Of a DNA stretch of 64,000 nt, positions 26,575 through 36,276 are shown one piece after another (position 1 is the first letter of the stretch; every line of letters starts with the position of its first letter). Source of the stretch: Candidatus Neomicrothrix sp. UBA7884 (GTDB lineage: Bacteria > Actinomycetota > Acidimicrobiia > Acidimicrobiales > MedAcidi-G1); contig DLRQ01000090.1 in NCBI GenBank assembly GCA_002501135.1, forward strand, positions 12,755 through 76,754, read 5' to 3'. The position numbers and the translations under genes were made by a program. Below the pieces are notes generated by a model. That model saw only the letters and a program-made list of their open reading frames with translations, was not told where the DNA came from and made no database searches.

Positions 26575-27377
26575 GGCACAGGGCTGCGGGACCGTCCGCT
26601 GTTGTCGTCGCGGGCCTGATGGTGCTCGCGGCCTCCTGCGGCGAGGGGGTTGTGGCGCGGCCGAATACGGATCTGCCGGTAGTTGCCACCACGAGCACCT
26701 CAACGACAGGTACCTCAACTACAGGCACCGTGCCGTCAACTACGGCACCAGTTCAGAGCGGGCCCGACAACGAGGTGCTGGAGCGGGCATGGCGGTCGGT
26801 TGCACGGGTGAACGGTCTCGGGTGCACAGCGTCCCAGGTCGGAACCGGCTTTGTTGTGGCACCGGGTCTGATAGTTACCGCCGCACACGTGGTTGCCGGG
26901 CTTTCAGCACCAGAGATCGGCCTTGGCGGAGGCATCCAGACGGCGGCGGTAGTCGCCTTTGACCCTGTCTCTGACCTGGCCCTCCTGAGCGCGGATACAG
27001 GGGTTGTCCAGGCGTTGGCGCTCACCGAAGCCGTGGCCGGCCAGCCGGTCGCCGTTCTTGCATTTGACGAGGACGGAATGCCCGAGACGATTTCTTCACG
27101 GATACTCAGGCCTATCCGTGCCATTGGCAAAGACATCTACGGAGCAGCCGGAGACGGACGCGATGCCCTCGAGGTGGAGGCCTCGGTCGGGCCGGGCAAC
27201 TCTGGGGCACCCCTGGTGGATGGGTCCGGATCCGTTGTGGGGGTGCTCTTCTCACGAACCCGGGGGGGCCCGCAGGTTGCCTACGCGGTGCAGGTCTCCG
27301 AAATCGAACCCCTGCTGGCTACGGCAATCCAAGGTGGGGGAGAGCCGGCCGATTCCGGTGCATGTCGGCCGCGGTAG
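26571..27377 (+). CDS. secreted/lipoprotein trypsin-like serine protease (S1 family)
   Basis: Catalytic His (IVTAAHVV), Asp (SDLALL) and Ser (GNSGAPLVD). The signal/lipobox-like VVAGLMVLAASCG is followed by a Thr/Ser-rich linker. GTG 26571 overlaps the trmI stop (GTGA). The track start at 26484 lies inside trmI. Confidence 0.8.
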   Translation: MRHRAAGPSAVVVAGLMVLAASCGEGVVARPNTDLPVVATTSTSTTGTSTTGTVPSTTAPVQSGPDNEVLERAWRSVARVNGLGCTASQVGTGFVVAPGLIVTAAHVVAGLSAPEIGLGGGIQTAAVVAFDPVSDLALLSADTGVVQALALTEAVAGQPVAVLAFDEDGMPETISSRILRPIRAIGKDIYGAAGDGRDALEVEASVGPGNSGAPLVDGSGSVVGVLFSRTRGGPQVAYAVQVSEIEPLLATAIQGGGEPADSGACRPR

Positions 27378-27390
27378 ACACCAAAACAAC

Positions 27391-27418
27391 CCGTGGACGG
27401 CCGCTGGGCTGTCCACGG
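27391..27418 (-). terminator. intrinsic terminator after the ferredoxin gene
   Basis: 8-bp stem CCGTGGAC / GTCCACGG. On the minus strand it is followed by GTTGTTTTGG. It sits between convergent genes. Confidence 0.6.
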
Positions 27419-27440
27419 AACCGATCTGACAGAGTTCTCC

Positions 27441-27677
27441 TCAGTCGAGCTCGATGTAGATGCACTCGCCGGGGCACTCCTCGGCGGACTCGATGGTTCC
27501 CTCCAACTGGGTTTCGGTGATCGTGGCGAGACCCTCGGGGCCACCAGGCTCACTGAAGATCTTGTCGCCTTCCTTCACGTACGCCAGGCCGTCGTCGAGG
27601 AGGGCAAACACATCGGGGGCAATTTCCTCGCAGAGGCCATCGCCCGTGCAGAGATCCTGATCGATCCAGACCTTCAT
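27441..27677 (-). CDS. small single-cluster ferredoxin
   Basis: MKVWIDQDLCTGDGLCEEIAPDVF...ECPGECIYIE has the CxxxGxC...CP pattern of 3Fe-4S/4Fe-4S actinobacterial ferredoxins. GAGAGGAA lies ~10 nt upstream of ATG 27677. The track ORF extends to 27713. Confidence 0.85.
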   Translation of the reverse strand: MKVWIDQDLCTGDGLCEEIAPDVFALLDDGLAYVKEGDKIFSEPGGPEGLATITETQLEGTIESAEECPGECIYIELD

Positions 27678-27855
27678 CCTGGCCGGGTTCCTCTCGCTGT
27701 GGTCGGCCGACACCCAGTCGACACGACGTTCGTCTACTGATTCCGACTGAGCACTCTATCCATACCAGCATCCCCAGCATCCACACCGGTGGGATTAGGG
27801 ACAATGGCATCGGTCACGTCCGGTACGACAGGTAGGGTCGCCCCAGGGAGGCGAC

Positions 27856-29598
27856 ATGGCTGTGACCGACGGAGACGAAACAGACTGCCCGGAAGAGGGC
27901 GGCGAGCAGGCAGCCCTCGAGGCCGAAATCCTCGAACTCCGACGGCGTATCGAGGCGGCCCCGGTCCGAATCCAGAAACTCGAGGCCGAGGTTCGCGATG
28001 TGAAGAGGGACCTTGTCAGTGCCACTTCCCGCAACCACAAGTTGAACTCCACCCTGGAAACAGCGCGCGAGCGGATTGCCCTCCTGCGTGAGGAGGTCGA
28101 CAAACTCTCCCAGCCACCCTCGGCCTACGGAACCGTTACCGGAACCAACGACGACGGCTCCGTCGACGTGCACTCGGCAGGACGCAAGATGAGGGTCGGC
28201 GTTCATCCCGATCTTGCCGATTCTCTCAGGCCCGGCCAGGAGGTCGTGCTCAACGAGTCCATGAGCGTCATTCTGGCGAGGAGGGCCGAGGTCACCGGCG
28301 AGGTAGTAACCGTCAAGGAACTGCTCGATGGCGGCAGCAGAGCACTTGTGGTCGGTCGAGCCGACGACGAGAGGGTCGTCGAGTTGTCCTCCGGGGTGCT
28401 CGACGGTCACCTCCGAAGTGGTGACTCGGCGCTCCTCGACCCGAGGGCCGGAATCCTGTTGGAACGCCTTCCCAGGCCCGAGGTCGAGGACCTCGTCCTG
28501 GAAGAGGTACCCGATGTCACCTACGAGGATGTAGGTGGCCTTGCACCCCAGATCGAGAAGATCGTCGACGCCGTCGAACTCCCCTTCCTGCACAGGGCCA
28601 TGTTCTCCGAGTACAACCTGCCCGCACCCAAGGGCATCCTCCTCTACGGCCCACCCGGTTGCGGCAAGACCCTTATTGCCAAGGCGGTTGCGAACTCGCT
28701 GGCAAACAAGGTCGCGGAGGTCTCAGGAGACCGCGAGGCCCGAAGCTTCTTCTTGAACATCAAGGGCCCCGAGCTCCTCAACAAGTATGTCGGTGAGACC
28801 GAGAGGCAGATCCGCCTCGTGTTCCAGCGTGCACGTGAGAAGTCAGAACAGGGATGGCCCGTCATCGTGTTCTTCGACGAGATGGAGTCCCTGTTCCGCA
28901 CCCGTGGAACCGGAATCAGCTCTGACATCGAGTCCACCATCGTTCCGCAGTTGCTGGCTGAGATCGATGGTGTGGAGACACTTCGCAACGTGATCGTCAT
29001 CGGTGCCTCCAACAGGGAGGACCTGATCGACCCCGCCATACTGCGTCCGGGCCGCCTCGACGTGAAGATCAAGATCGAGCGTCCCGACGAGATGGCAGCC
29101 AGCCAGATCTTCAGCCGCTATCTCATCGCAGAGTTGCCACTCGACGAGGACCTGGTGCAGACGACAGGCGGAGGTGATCGTGAAAAGGCGGTCAGGTCCA
29201 TGATCGATGAGGCCGTGGCAACCATGTATGCCGACACCGAGAGCAACCGCTTCCTCGAAGTCACATACCAGAACGGAGACAAGGAGGTTCTCTACTTCCG
29301 TGACTTCGCCTCCGGCGCAATGATTGAAAACATCGTGCGCAGGGCGAAGAAGTTGGCGATCAAGAGGGAACTGGCCGGTGGTCACCGCGGAATTCGCACA
29401 GAGGACCTCACCCGGGCGGTCCGCCAGGAGTTTAAGGAACACGAAGATCTGCCCAACACGACCAACCCTGACGACTGGGCGAAGATCTCCGGAAAGAAGG
29501 GCGAGAGAATCGTCTATGTCCGCACCCTGATCTCCGGTCCCGACGAGGACGGCGGCGGCCGCACGATTGACGGTGTGGGAACCGGCCAGTACCTCTGA
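27856..29598 (+). CDS. arc: proteasome-associated AAA+ ATPase ARC/Mpa
   Basis: 580 aa: N-terminal coiled coil, OB domains, Walker [16 protein letters not shown], and the C-terminal GQYL proteasome-docking tail. Confidence 0.96.
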   Translation: MAVTDGDETDCPEEGGEQAALEAEILELRRRIEAAPVRIQKLEAEVRDVKRDLVSATSRNHKLNSTLETARERIALLREEVDKLSQPPSAYGTVTGTNDDGSVDVHSAGRKMRVGVHPDLADSLRPGQEVVLNESMSVILARRAEVTGEVVTVKELLDGGSRALVVGRADDERVVELSSGVLDGHLRSGDSALLDPRAGILLERLPRPEVEDLVLEEVPDVTYEDVGGLAPQIEKIVDAVELPFLHRAMFSEYNLPAPKGILLYGPPGCGKTLIAKAVANSLANKVAEVSGDREARSFFLNIKGPELLNKYVGETERQIRLVFQRAREKSEQGWPVIVFFDEMESLFRTRGTGISSDIESTIVPQLLAEIDGVETLRNVIVIGASNREDLIDPAILRPGRLDVKIKIERPDEMAASQIFSRYLIAELPLDEDLVQTTGGGDREKAVRSMIDEAVATMYADTESNRFLEVTYQNGDKEVLYFRDFASGAMIENIVRRAKKLAIKRELAGGHRGIRTEDLTRAVRQEFKEHEDLPNTTNPDDWAKISGKKGERIVYVRTLISGPDEDGGGRTIDGVGTGQYL

Positions 29599-29663
29599 GA
29601 GCAGCTTCCGTCAGACGCAGAGACCCGGCAGCCGCCACAGGGCAGCCCCGCTAGGGTCCGCGC

Positions 29664-31175
29664 ATGCCCGTACCAAAGACGCTCGGCATTGAAACCGAGT
29701 ACGGGATCGTTCACCGGGGGGTTGACGATCCAAATCCGATCAGTGCTTCGTCACTTCTGATCAACGCCTACCTAAGCAGGCGCTCCCAGCCAGGTGTTGG
29801 GCCAGGATCTCCCAGGGTGGGCTGGGACTTCATCGACGAGACACCCCACAACGATGTCCGCGGCTTCAGCCACATCGGATCAATGGCCCCCGAGGTCGAG
29901 ACACACCTCGTCAATGCCGTCCTCACAAACGGCGCCCGCTATTACGTCGATCATGCACACCCCGAACTGAGTACGCCCGAGTGCGCCGATGCCATGGCTG
30001 TGCTCCGTCACGACCGCGCAGCTGAACTCATAATGATCGAGTCGATGTCGGCGGCAAACGAGGTGCTGCCCGACGGTGAGGAACTGGTCGTCTACAAGAA
30101 CAACTCCGACGGCAAGGGCAACAGCTACGGCTGCCATGAGAACTATCTGATGGACAGGGCCACGCCGTTTGCCGACATCGTGCAGCACGCCACCACCCAC
30201 TTCGTGACGCGTCAGGTCTTCACCGGCGCCGGCAAGGTCGGAAGTGAGGCGCCGTGGATTCCGGGAGATGCGGTCGCATTCCAACTCACCCAGCGCGCTG
30301 ACTTCTTCGAGGAGGAGGTCGGTCTCGAGACCACCCTCAAGCGCCCGATTATCAACACCCGTGACGAACCCCATGCAGACCCGCTCCTCTACAGGCGCCT
30401 CCACGTGATCGTTGGCGATGCCAACCTCTGCGAGGTCGCAACCCTCCTCAAACTGGGAACAACCGCGATCGTGCTTGCAATGGTCGAGGAGGGCCTCATG
30501 GACCCCGCACTCCAGATCTCCGACCCGGTCCGTGCCATTCAGGCCGTTTCCCTCGACACCAGCTTAAGACAACCGCTCCTTCTCGCTGACGGCCGTACGG
30601 CGACAGCTGTCGACATTCAGTGGCAACTGCTTGAACAGGCCCAGAAGTTCACCCTGCAGCGAGGAACCGAGTTGACGGGCGGGTCGGTCGCCGATCTGGT
30701 ACTGCTTCGCTGGGAAGAGGCCCTCACCTCGCTCGAAGCCGACCCGTCAGAACTGGTCGGGGTGGTGGACTGGGTCACCAAGAAGCACCTTCTCGACGGG
30801 TTGGCTGAACGCCACGGCCTCAGCCCGGACGATGCACGTCTGGCCGCACTCGACCTCCAATACCACGACCTGCGCCCTGAGCGCTCACTCTTTGCGAGGG
30901 TTGGCGCTGAGACCCTCGTCGACACACCGGACGCGGTAATCGCAATGGAGCAGCCGCCCGATGACACCAGGGCCTACTTCAGGGGTCGTTGCCTGCAGAA
31001 GTGGCCCGAGGACATCGTGGCAGCCAACTGGGACTCGATGGTCTTTGACCTGGGACGACAGGTGCTCAGGCGCGTCCCCATGATGGAGCCGACCCGTGGC
31101 ACCCGCGAGCATGTGGGTACGCTCCTCGATGAGTGCGAGACGGTTTCAGAACTACTTGACAGGCTGTCCACATGA
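29664..31175 (+). CDS. dop: Pup deamidase/depupylase Dop
   Basis: 503 aa with N-terminus KTLGIETEYGI and the PafA/Dop carboxylate-amine ligase fold. The position between arc and pup supports the call. Confidence 0.93.
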   Translation: MPVPKTLGIETEYGIVHRGVDDPNPISASSLLINAYLSRRSQPGVGPGSPRVGWDFIDETPHNDVRGFSHIGSMAPEVETHLVNAVLTNGARYYVDHAHPELSTPECADAMAVLRHDRAAELIMIESMSAANEVLPDGEELVVYKNNSDGKGNSYGCHENYLMDRATPFADIVQHATTHFVTRQVFTGAGKVGSEAPWIPGDAVAFQLTQRADFFEEEVGLETTLKRPIINTRDEPHADPLLYRRLHVIVGDANLCEVATLLKLGTTAIVLAMVEEGLMDPALQISDPVRAIQAVSLDTSLRQPLLLADGRTATAVDIQWQLLEQAQKFTLQRGTELTGGSVADLVLLRWEEALTSLEADPSELVGVVDWVTKKHLLDGLAERHGLSPDDARLAALDLQYHDLRPERSLFARVGAETLVDTPDAVIAMEQPPDDTRAYFRGRCLQKWPEDIVAANWDSMVFDLGRQVLRRVPMMEPTRGTREHVGTLLDECETVSELLDRLST

Positions 31176-31208
31176 TGGTCCGGTCCGGTCCGCGAGCGAG
31201 GAGACGAC

Positions 31209-31412
31209 ATGGCTGAGCAGGAACAAAGGAGGCCGGTTCGCGACGAGAATGACCGGGAAGAGCCCGTCGATGTCGCCGCCGCACAGTCGGCCAGCAGGGG
31301 GAGCGATCGCCTGAAAGGCGAACTCGACGACCTGCTCGACGAAATCGACGAGGTGCTTGAGTCAAACGCCGAGGAGTTTGTGAAGAGCTATATCCAAAAG
31401 GGCGGCGAGTAG
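31209..31412 (+). CDS. pup: prokaryotic ubiquitin-like protein Pup (C-terminal GGE)
   Basis: 67 aa, acidic and disordered, ending ...EEFVKSYIQKGGE followed by TAG. GAGGAG SD upstream. Confidence 0.95.
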   Translation: MAEQEQRRPVRDENDREEPVDVAAAQSASRGSDRLKGELDDLLDEIDEVLESNAEEFVKSYIQKGGE

Positions 31413-31442
31413 GCAGCCTCCCGACCGGGTTAGCCTCCGCAC

Positions 31443-32246
31443 GTGACCTTTCCGCTTTTCGCCCCGGCCGAGGACCCCGGTCCCAGCTTCGTTGCCCTGT
31501 TGGCCCGCCTCGGCATGGACCGACCCGGGTCCGATCTCGGACCGGCGGCATCCCAGGGTCTCGACGGGATCGCGCACGGCACCACGGTGCTGGCCATTCG
31601 CTTCGCCGACGGTGTTGTCATGGCAGGGGACCGGCGGGCAACCAGCGGCCACCTGATCAGCCATCGTTCAATCGAGAAGGTCTTCCCGGCCGACTCCGGG
31701 TCCGGGGTGGCCATTGCCGGTGCAGCCGGGCCGGCAATGGAGATGGTGCGGTTGTTCCAGCTCCAGCTTGAGCACTACGAGAAGGTCGAGGGAAGCCCCC
31801 TCAGCCTCGAGGGTAAGGCCAACCAGTTGACCCTGATGCTGCGCTCCCACCTGCCGGTGGCGATGATGGGCCTACCCGTGGTCCCCCTCTTTGCCGGCTA
31901 CGACAAGCAGCAGCGTCGAGGCCGCCTGTTTCAGTTCGACATAACCGGAGGGCGCTACGAGGAGCAGGACCATGCAGCAACCGGATCCGGAAGCCTCCAC
32001 GCCACCACCGTCATGAAGCTCCGCTTCAACGACGACCTCGACGCTGACTCGGCCCTCGACCTTGCCGTCGAGGCTCTCTTCCAGGCGGCCGACGAAGACA
32101 GCGCCACGGGTGGGCCCGACATGGTCCGCGGCATCTTCCCCGTCCTGGCCACCATTACCTCCTCAGGATTCGAGCGGCTTCCAGACGAAGATGTCGCCAG
32201 CCGCACCTCGGTCTTTCTTGACCGCCTGAGCGGCGGTGCCCGGTGA
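31443..32246 (+). CDS. prcB: 20S proteasome beta subunit
   Basis: 267 aa. A propeptide is followed by the processing site G|TTVLAIRFADGVVMAGDRRAT, which exposes the N-terminal Thr nucleophile. Confidence 0.95.
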   Translation: MTFPLFAPAEDPGPSFVALLARLGMDRPGSDLGPAASQGLDGIAHGTTVLAIRFADGVVMAGDRRATSGHLISHRSIEKVFPADSGSGVAIAGAAGPAMEMVRLFQLQLEHYEKVEGSPLSLEGKANQLTLMLRSHLPVAMMGLPVVPLFAGYDKQQRRGRLFQFDITGGRYEEQDHAATGSGSLHATTVMKLRFNDDLDADSALDLAVEALFQAADEDSATGGPDMVRGIFPVLATITSSGFERLPDEDVASRTSVFLDRLSGGAR

Positions 32247-32280
32247 TCAGGGTCCACCCCCGAACCCGGGGTAGTCGGTC

Positions 32281-32958
32281 ATGACCGTTCCCATGTACGT
32301 GTCACCCGAACAGGTGATGAAGGACCGGGCCGACTATGCCCGCAAGGGAATCGCCCGCGGCCGGGCGTCGGTAGCCAGCACCTACAGTGATGGCGTCCTG
32401 CTATGCGCCGAGAATCCCTCCAAGACCCTCCGCAAGGTGAGCGAGATCTACGACCGAATCGGCTTCATGGGAGTCGGCAAGTACAACGAGTTCGACCAAC
32501 TTCGGATTGCCGGTGTTCGACACGCTGACCTGAAGGGTTACTCCTACAGCCGGGCCGATGTTGATGCACGTTGGCTGGCCAACCAGTACGCGCAGATCCT
32601 CGGCCAGTACTTCACACATGAGATGAAGCCACTTGAGGTCGAGATGTTGATTGCCGAGATGGGCACGGAGCCCGACGGTGACCGTTTGTTCCACCTGCTG
32701 TATGACGGAACCGTGATGGACACAACCAGTTACGTGGTCATTGGCGGAGAGGCAGACGTGATCAGGGAGCGGATGGAGGCCTCATGGGCCGTTGGTGCCG
32801 ACCTCCAGACAGCCCTCCGACTGGCAGTGGGTGCGCTTGCCGGACCCGACAGAAACCTCGTCCCAGATGATCTCGAGGTAGCGGTTCTTGCCAGGGACAA
32901 TGGCAGACGGGCATTCCTGCGCCTCGAGGGTGAGGCGCTCGCCACACTCCTCGGCTGA
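32281..32958 (+). CDS. prcA: 20S proteasome alpha subunit
   Basis: 225 aa. [28 protein letters not shown] is typical of actinobacterial PrcA. Confidence 0.95.
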   Translation: MTVPMYVSPEQVMKDRADYARKGIARGRASVASTYSDGVLLCAENPSKTLRKVSEIYDRIGFMGVGKYNEFDQLRIAGVRHADLKGYSYSRADVDARWLANQYAQILGQYFTHEMKPLEVEMLIAEMGTEPDGDRLFHLLYDGTVMDTTSYVVIGGEADVIRERMEASWAVGADLQTALRLAVGALAGPDRNLVPDDLEVAVLARDNGRRAFLRLEGEALATLLG

Positions 32959-32971
32959 CGGCGGGAGACCT

Positions 32972-34330
32972 GTGGAGCGTCGCATCTACGGGATTGAGAA
33001 CGAGTTCGGCGTCACCTGCACTCTGGATGGCCAACGTCGCCTGAGCCCCGATGAGGTTGCGCGCTACCTGTTCCGCAAGGTGGTTGACTGGGGCCGCAGT
33101 TCAAACGTGTTCCTCGTCAACGGTGCACGCCTCTACCTGGACGTGGGTTCACACCCGGAGTACGCGACGCCTGAATGCGACTCGGTCCACGACGTGGTTG
33201 CGCATGAAAAGGCCGGGGAGCGAATCCTCGAGCAGCTCATCGGCTCAGCCGAGGAGCGACTCCGAGAAGAGGGAGTCAACGGCAAGGTCTTCCTCTTCAA
33301 GAACAACACGGACTCTGCCGGAAACTCCTACGGATGCCACGAGAACTACCTGACCACACGACGCGAGGACGGAGCCGAGTATGCCGAGACACTGATTCCA
33401 TTTCTGGTCAGCCGCCAGATCTACACAGGTGCCGGGAAGGTGCTCCAGACAGCGCGAGGATCGATGTACTGCATAAGCCAGCGGGCTGAGCACATCTGGG
33501 AGGGAGTCTCCAGCGCCACCACCCGCTCAAGGCCAATAATCAACTCGCGGGACGAACCGCATGCCGATGCCGAACGCTTCAGGCGACTGCATGTGATCGT
33601 GGGTGACTCCAACATGAGCGAGTACACCACCTTTCTGAAGATGGGCGCGTGCGGGATACTCCTTCGAATGCTGGAGGAGCCCAACGTGATCCTGCGTGAC
33701 ATGACCCTGGAGAACCCGATCAGGGCTATCCGTGAGATCAGCCACGACCCGACCTGTCGGCGAACCGTTCGTCTGGCCAACGGCCGTGAGATGAGCGCTC
33801 TTGACATGCAGACCGAGTTTCTCGAGCGTGCACTCCGGTTCGCAGAGCACCGCGACATGAGCTCCGAGGAGACCAAGGTCCTTGAGATGTGGCAGCACTG
33901 CATCGAGGGAATAGCCAGGGACCCGATGGATCTGGTAGCGGAGTGCGACTGGGTTGCCAAGAGACACCTGATCGACGGCTACATGGGGCGTCACAACCTG
34001 CCACTCTCAGATCCCGCTGTCGCCCTTGTCGACCTGCAGTACCACGACGTAGACCGTCGCAGAGGCCTCTTCTACCGGATGCAGGACCGGGGTCTCATGA
34101 GGCGAACCACCACCGATGCTGTTGTCGAGGAGGCAATGGCCAATGCACCCAACAGCACACGCGCACGGCTCCGGGGCGAGTTCATCAAGCGTGCCAAGGA
34201 ACGCAAACGCGACTACACCGTCGACTGGGTTCACCTGAAGTTGAACGACCAGGCCCAACGAACTGTCCTATGCAAGGACCCGTTCAGGTCCGAGGACGAG
34301 CGGGTGCAGAAGCTCATCGACTCGCTCTGA
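32972..34330 (+). CDS. pafA: Pup-protein ligase PafA
   Basis: From GTG 32972: [69 protein letters not shown], closely PafA-like. The track ORF start at 32888 lies inside prcA. Confidence 0.94.
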   Translation: MERRIYGIENEFGVTCTLDGQRRLSPDEVARYLFRKVVDWGRSSNVFLVNGARLYLDVGSHPEYATPECDSVHDVVAHEKAGERILEQLIGSAEERLREEGVNGKVFLFKNNTDSAGNSYGCHENYLTTRREDGAEYAETLIPFLVSRQIYTGAGKVLQTARGSMYCISQRAEHIWEGVSSATTRSRPIINSRDEPHADAERFRRLHVIVGDSNMSEYTTFLKMGACGILLRMLEEPNVILRDMTLENPIRAIREISHDPTCRRTVRLANGREMSALDMQTEFLERALRFAEHRDMSSEETKVLEMWQHCIEGIARDPMDLVAECDWVAKRHLIDGYMGRHNLPLSDPAVALVDLQYHDVDRRRGLFYRMQDRGLMRRTTTDAVVEEAMANAPNSTRARLRGEFIKRAKERKRDYTVDWVHLKLNDQAQRTVLCKDPFRSEDERVQKLIDSL

Positions 34331-34361
34331 GGTCAGGGGCTGCCACGCCTAGGCTGCAGCC

Positions 34362-35285
34362 GTGAAGAAGTTGGAGCGGTTGCTCAACCTGGTAGCGGCG
34401 ATGCTGGCGACCGAACAGCCCCTGAGCCGCCAGGATCTGCGCAGACGACTCCCCGACGGCGCCTACTCCGACAACAGCGAGAGTTTCAGAAGGGCCTTTG
34501 AACGGGACAAGGAGGAGCTCCGCTCGATGGGCCTGCCCCTGTCCGTTGAACCTGTTCCCGGGACCGATCCGCCTGTTGACGGTTACCGGATACGCCCTGG
34601 GGACTATGAGGCTGACATGCCGGCGCTCACGGCCGACGAACTGGCGGCCCTGCACCTGGCGTCCAACCTCGTGCGCCTCAGGGATGCGCCCAGATCGGAC
34701 CCGTTCTGGAGGCTCGGAGGGGTGCTGCAGACCGATTCTCCCGAGGTGGGAGCCGTCGCCGAGGTACCGGCAGGGGAGGCCGTCAGAGAACTCATGACAG
34801 CCACGGCGGAACGGCGCATCGTGGCCTTCGGGTACAACGGTCGCAACCGGACCGTGGAGCCACACAGCCTTGTATTTACCCGGGGACGTTGGTATCTGGC
34901 CGGCCACGATCAGGGACCCGCCGAGTCAAGACAGTTCAGGGTGGATCGAATTGCCGGCCCGGTCTCTGCCGGTGAGGCCGGGGGCTTTGCGAGGCCCGAG
35001 GACCCGGTTGAAGTCAATGTCGAGCCAGCCTGGCGCTACGGCGAGGACGGGCCACTCCTGGCCAGCCTGCTGGTTCACCGACGCAATGTCCCCTGGATCG
35101 TCGACTTTCTAGGCGAAGATGCCGTTCAGGAGCGCAGAGAGGACGGCTCGGCAGTAGTCGTGGAGACGGTTCGAAACCGCGAAGCCTTTCGTTCCTTCGT
35201 GCTCACCTTCCTCGATGGAGCTGAACTCCTGGGTCCGGACGAGCTCAGAACCGACATGGTCACGTGGCTTGAGGCGCTCCGATGA
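34362..35285 (+). CDS. pafB: HTH/WYL-domain transcriptional regulator PafB
   Basis: 307 aa with an N-terminal wHTH (KLERLLNLVAAML) and a WYL-type middle domain (RGRWYLAGHD). It follows pafA directly. Confidence 0.85.
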   Translation: MKKLERLLNLVAAMLATEQPLSRQDLRRRLPDGAYSDNSESFRRAFERDKEELRSMGLPLSVEPVPGTDPPVDGYRIRPGDYEADMPALTADELAALHLASNLVRLRDAPRSDPFWRLGGVLQTDSPEVGAVAEVPAGEAVRELMTATAERRIVAFGYNGRNRTVEPHSLVFTRGRWYLAGHDQGPAESRQFRVDRIAGPVSAGEAGGFARPEDPVEVNVEPAWRYGEDGPLLASLLVHRRNVPWIVDFLGEDAVQERREDGSAVVVETVRNREAFRSFVLTFLDGAELLGPDELRTDMVTWLEALR

Positions 35286-36235
35286 CCTCCCTTACGGCCC
35301 TTGACCGCCTGCGACGCCTTCTGGCCGTAATCCCGTGGGTGGTGGAGCGGGACGGCCCACTGATCGACGAGGTCGTCGAGAGGTTCGACTACCACCGAGC
35401 CGAACTGCTCGAGGACCTTGAGCACGTTTTGTTCTTCGTCGGTGTTCACCCGTTCACCCCCGACTGCCTGATCGACGTAACCGTTGCTGAGGAACGGGTC
35501 TGGATCAGGTATGCCGACTGGTTCCGGAGGCCTATGCGCCTCAGTTCCGTGGAGACCCTTGCGCTGAACGCAGCGGGTCGCTCGGTAGCAGCCATCACAG
35601 ACGACGACGAGTTGGGTCCGCTGGAGCGAGCCCTGACCAAGTTGGCGAGCGGAATGTCGACAGGCGACAACCGGGCCGTCGAGGTACGTCTCGGGCCAGG
35701 GTCCACTGGCACCATCGACATCATCCGTGCAGCTTTAGCCGACCGGACAACAGTCGATATCGACTACTACTCGTACGGCCGGGATGCATCCGGACAACGT
35801 CTTGTTGATCCCTACAGGTTCTACGCCGACAAGGGCCACTGGTATGTGAGCGGCCACTGCCACGAGGCTGAATCCCAGCGGGTGTTTCGCCTTGACCGCA
35901 TCAGCCGCTGCGAGCCGACCTCTCTGGGTTTCGACGCACCAGAGGCACCTGACGACACAGTCGACCACATACCCACCAATGGAGACCTCCCTGAGGTGGT
36001 TGTCGAACTCGCCGCAGAGGCCAGGTGGGTGGTCGAGGAGTACCCACACAGCGGAGTTCAGGAATTCTCGGATGGGATGGTCCGCGTTCGCCTGCCTGTC
36101 TCATCTCCGCAGTGGTTGGAACGCCTGCTGCTGCGTCTCGGTCCGACGGGATCGGTGGTCGAGGCTCCCGACGGTCTCGGCACCGAGATCCGCTCAGCGG
36201 CTGCCCGACGCATTCTCGCCCTGTACGGAGTCTGA
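35282..36235 (+). CDS. pafC: HTH/WYL-domain transcriptional regulator PafC
   Basis: 317 aa, ATGA-coupled to pafB, with a WYL-type motif (KGHWYVSGHC). Confidence 0.85.
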   Translation: MTSLTALDRLRRLLAVIPWVVERDGPLIDEVVERFDYHRAELLEDLEHVLFFVGVHPFTPDCLIDVTVAEERVWIRYADWFRRPMRLSSVETLALNAAGRSVAAITDDDELGPLERALTKLASGMSTGDNRAVEVRLGPGSTGTIDIIRAALADRTTVDIDYYSYGRDASGQRLVDPYRFYADKGHWYVSGHCHEAESQRVFRLDRISRCEPTSLGFDAPEAPDDTVDHIPTNGDLPEVVVELAAEARWVVEEYPHSGVQEFSDGMVRVRLPVSSPQWLERLLLRLGPTGSVVEAPDGLGTEIRSAAARRILALYGV

Positions 36236-36276
36236 GCGCCACCGCGAGCAGGCGCACGGGGGCTAGGTTCGGCGCC

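Noticed and set aside
26690-26750. Near-repeats ACCTCAAC(G/T)ACAGG(T/C)ACC in the protease gene.
   Set aside because: They encode a Thr/Ser-rich linker (STSTTGTSTTGTVPSTT) after the lipoprotein signal. This is ordinary low-complexity coding sequence.
31176-31208. (GGTCC)x3 pentanucleotide repeat between dop and pup.
   Set aside because: It is very short, lies just upstream of the pup SD, and is most simply a chance or slippage repeat with no evident function.
32888-32971. N-terminal extensions of track ORFs. Cases: pafA from 32888; lepB from 36025; helY from 38343; glcD from 11702; the protease from 26484; the exonuclease to 50617; trkH copy 2 to 62050; FIST to 23556; MTHFS to 63945; and the 15274 ORF.
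   Set aside because: The extensions overlap the preceding or divergent gene and translate to non-protein-like sequence. Internal starts coincide with the conserved N-termini or with stop-start overlaps.
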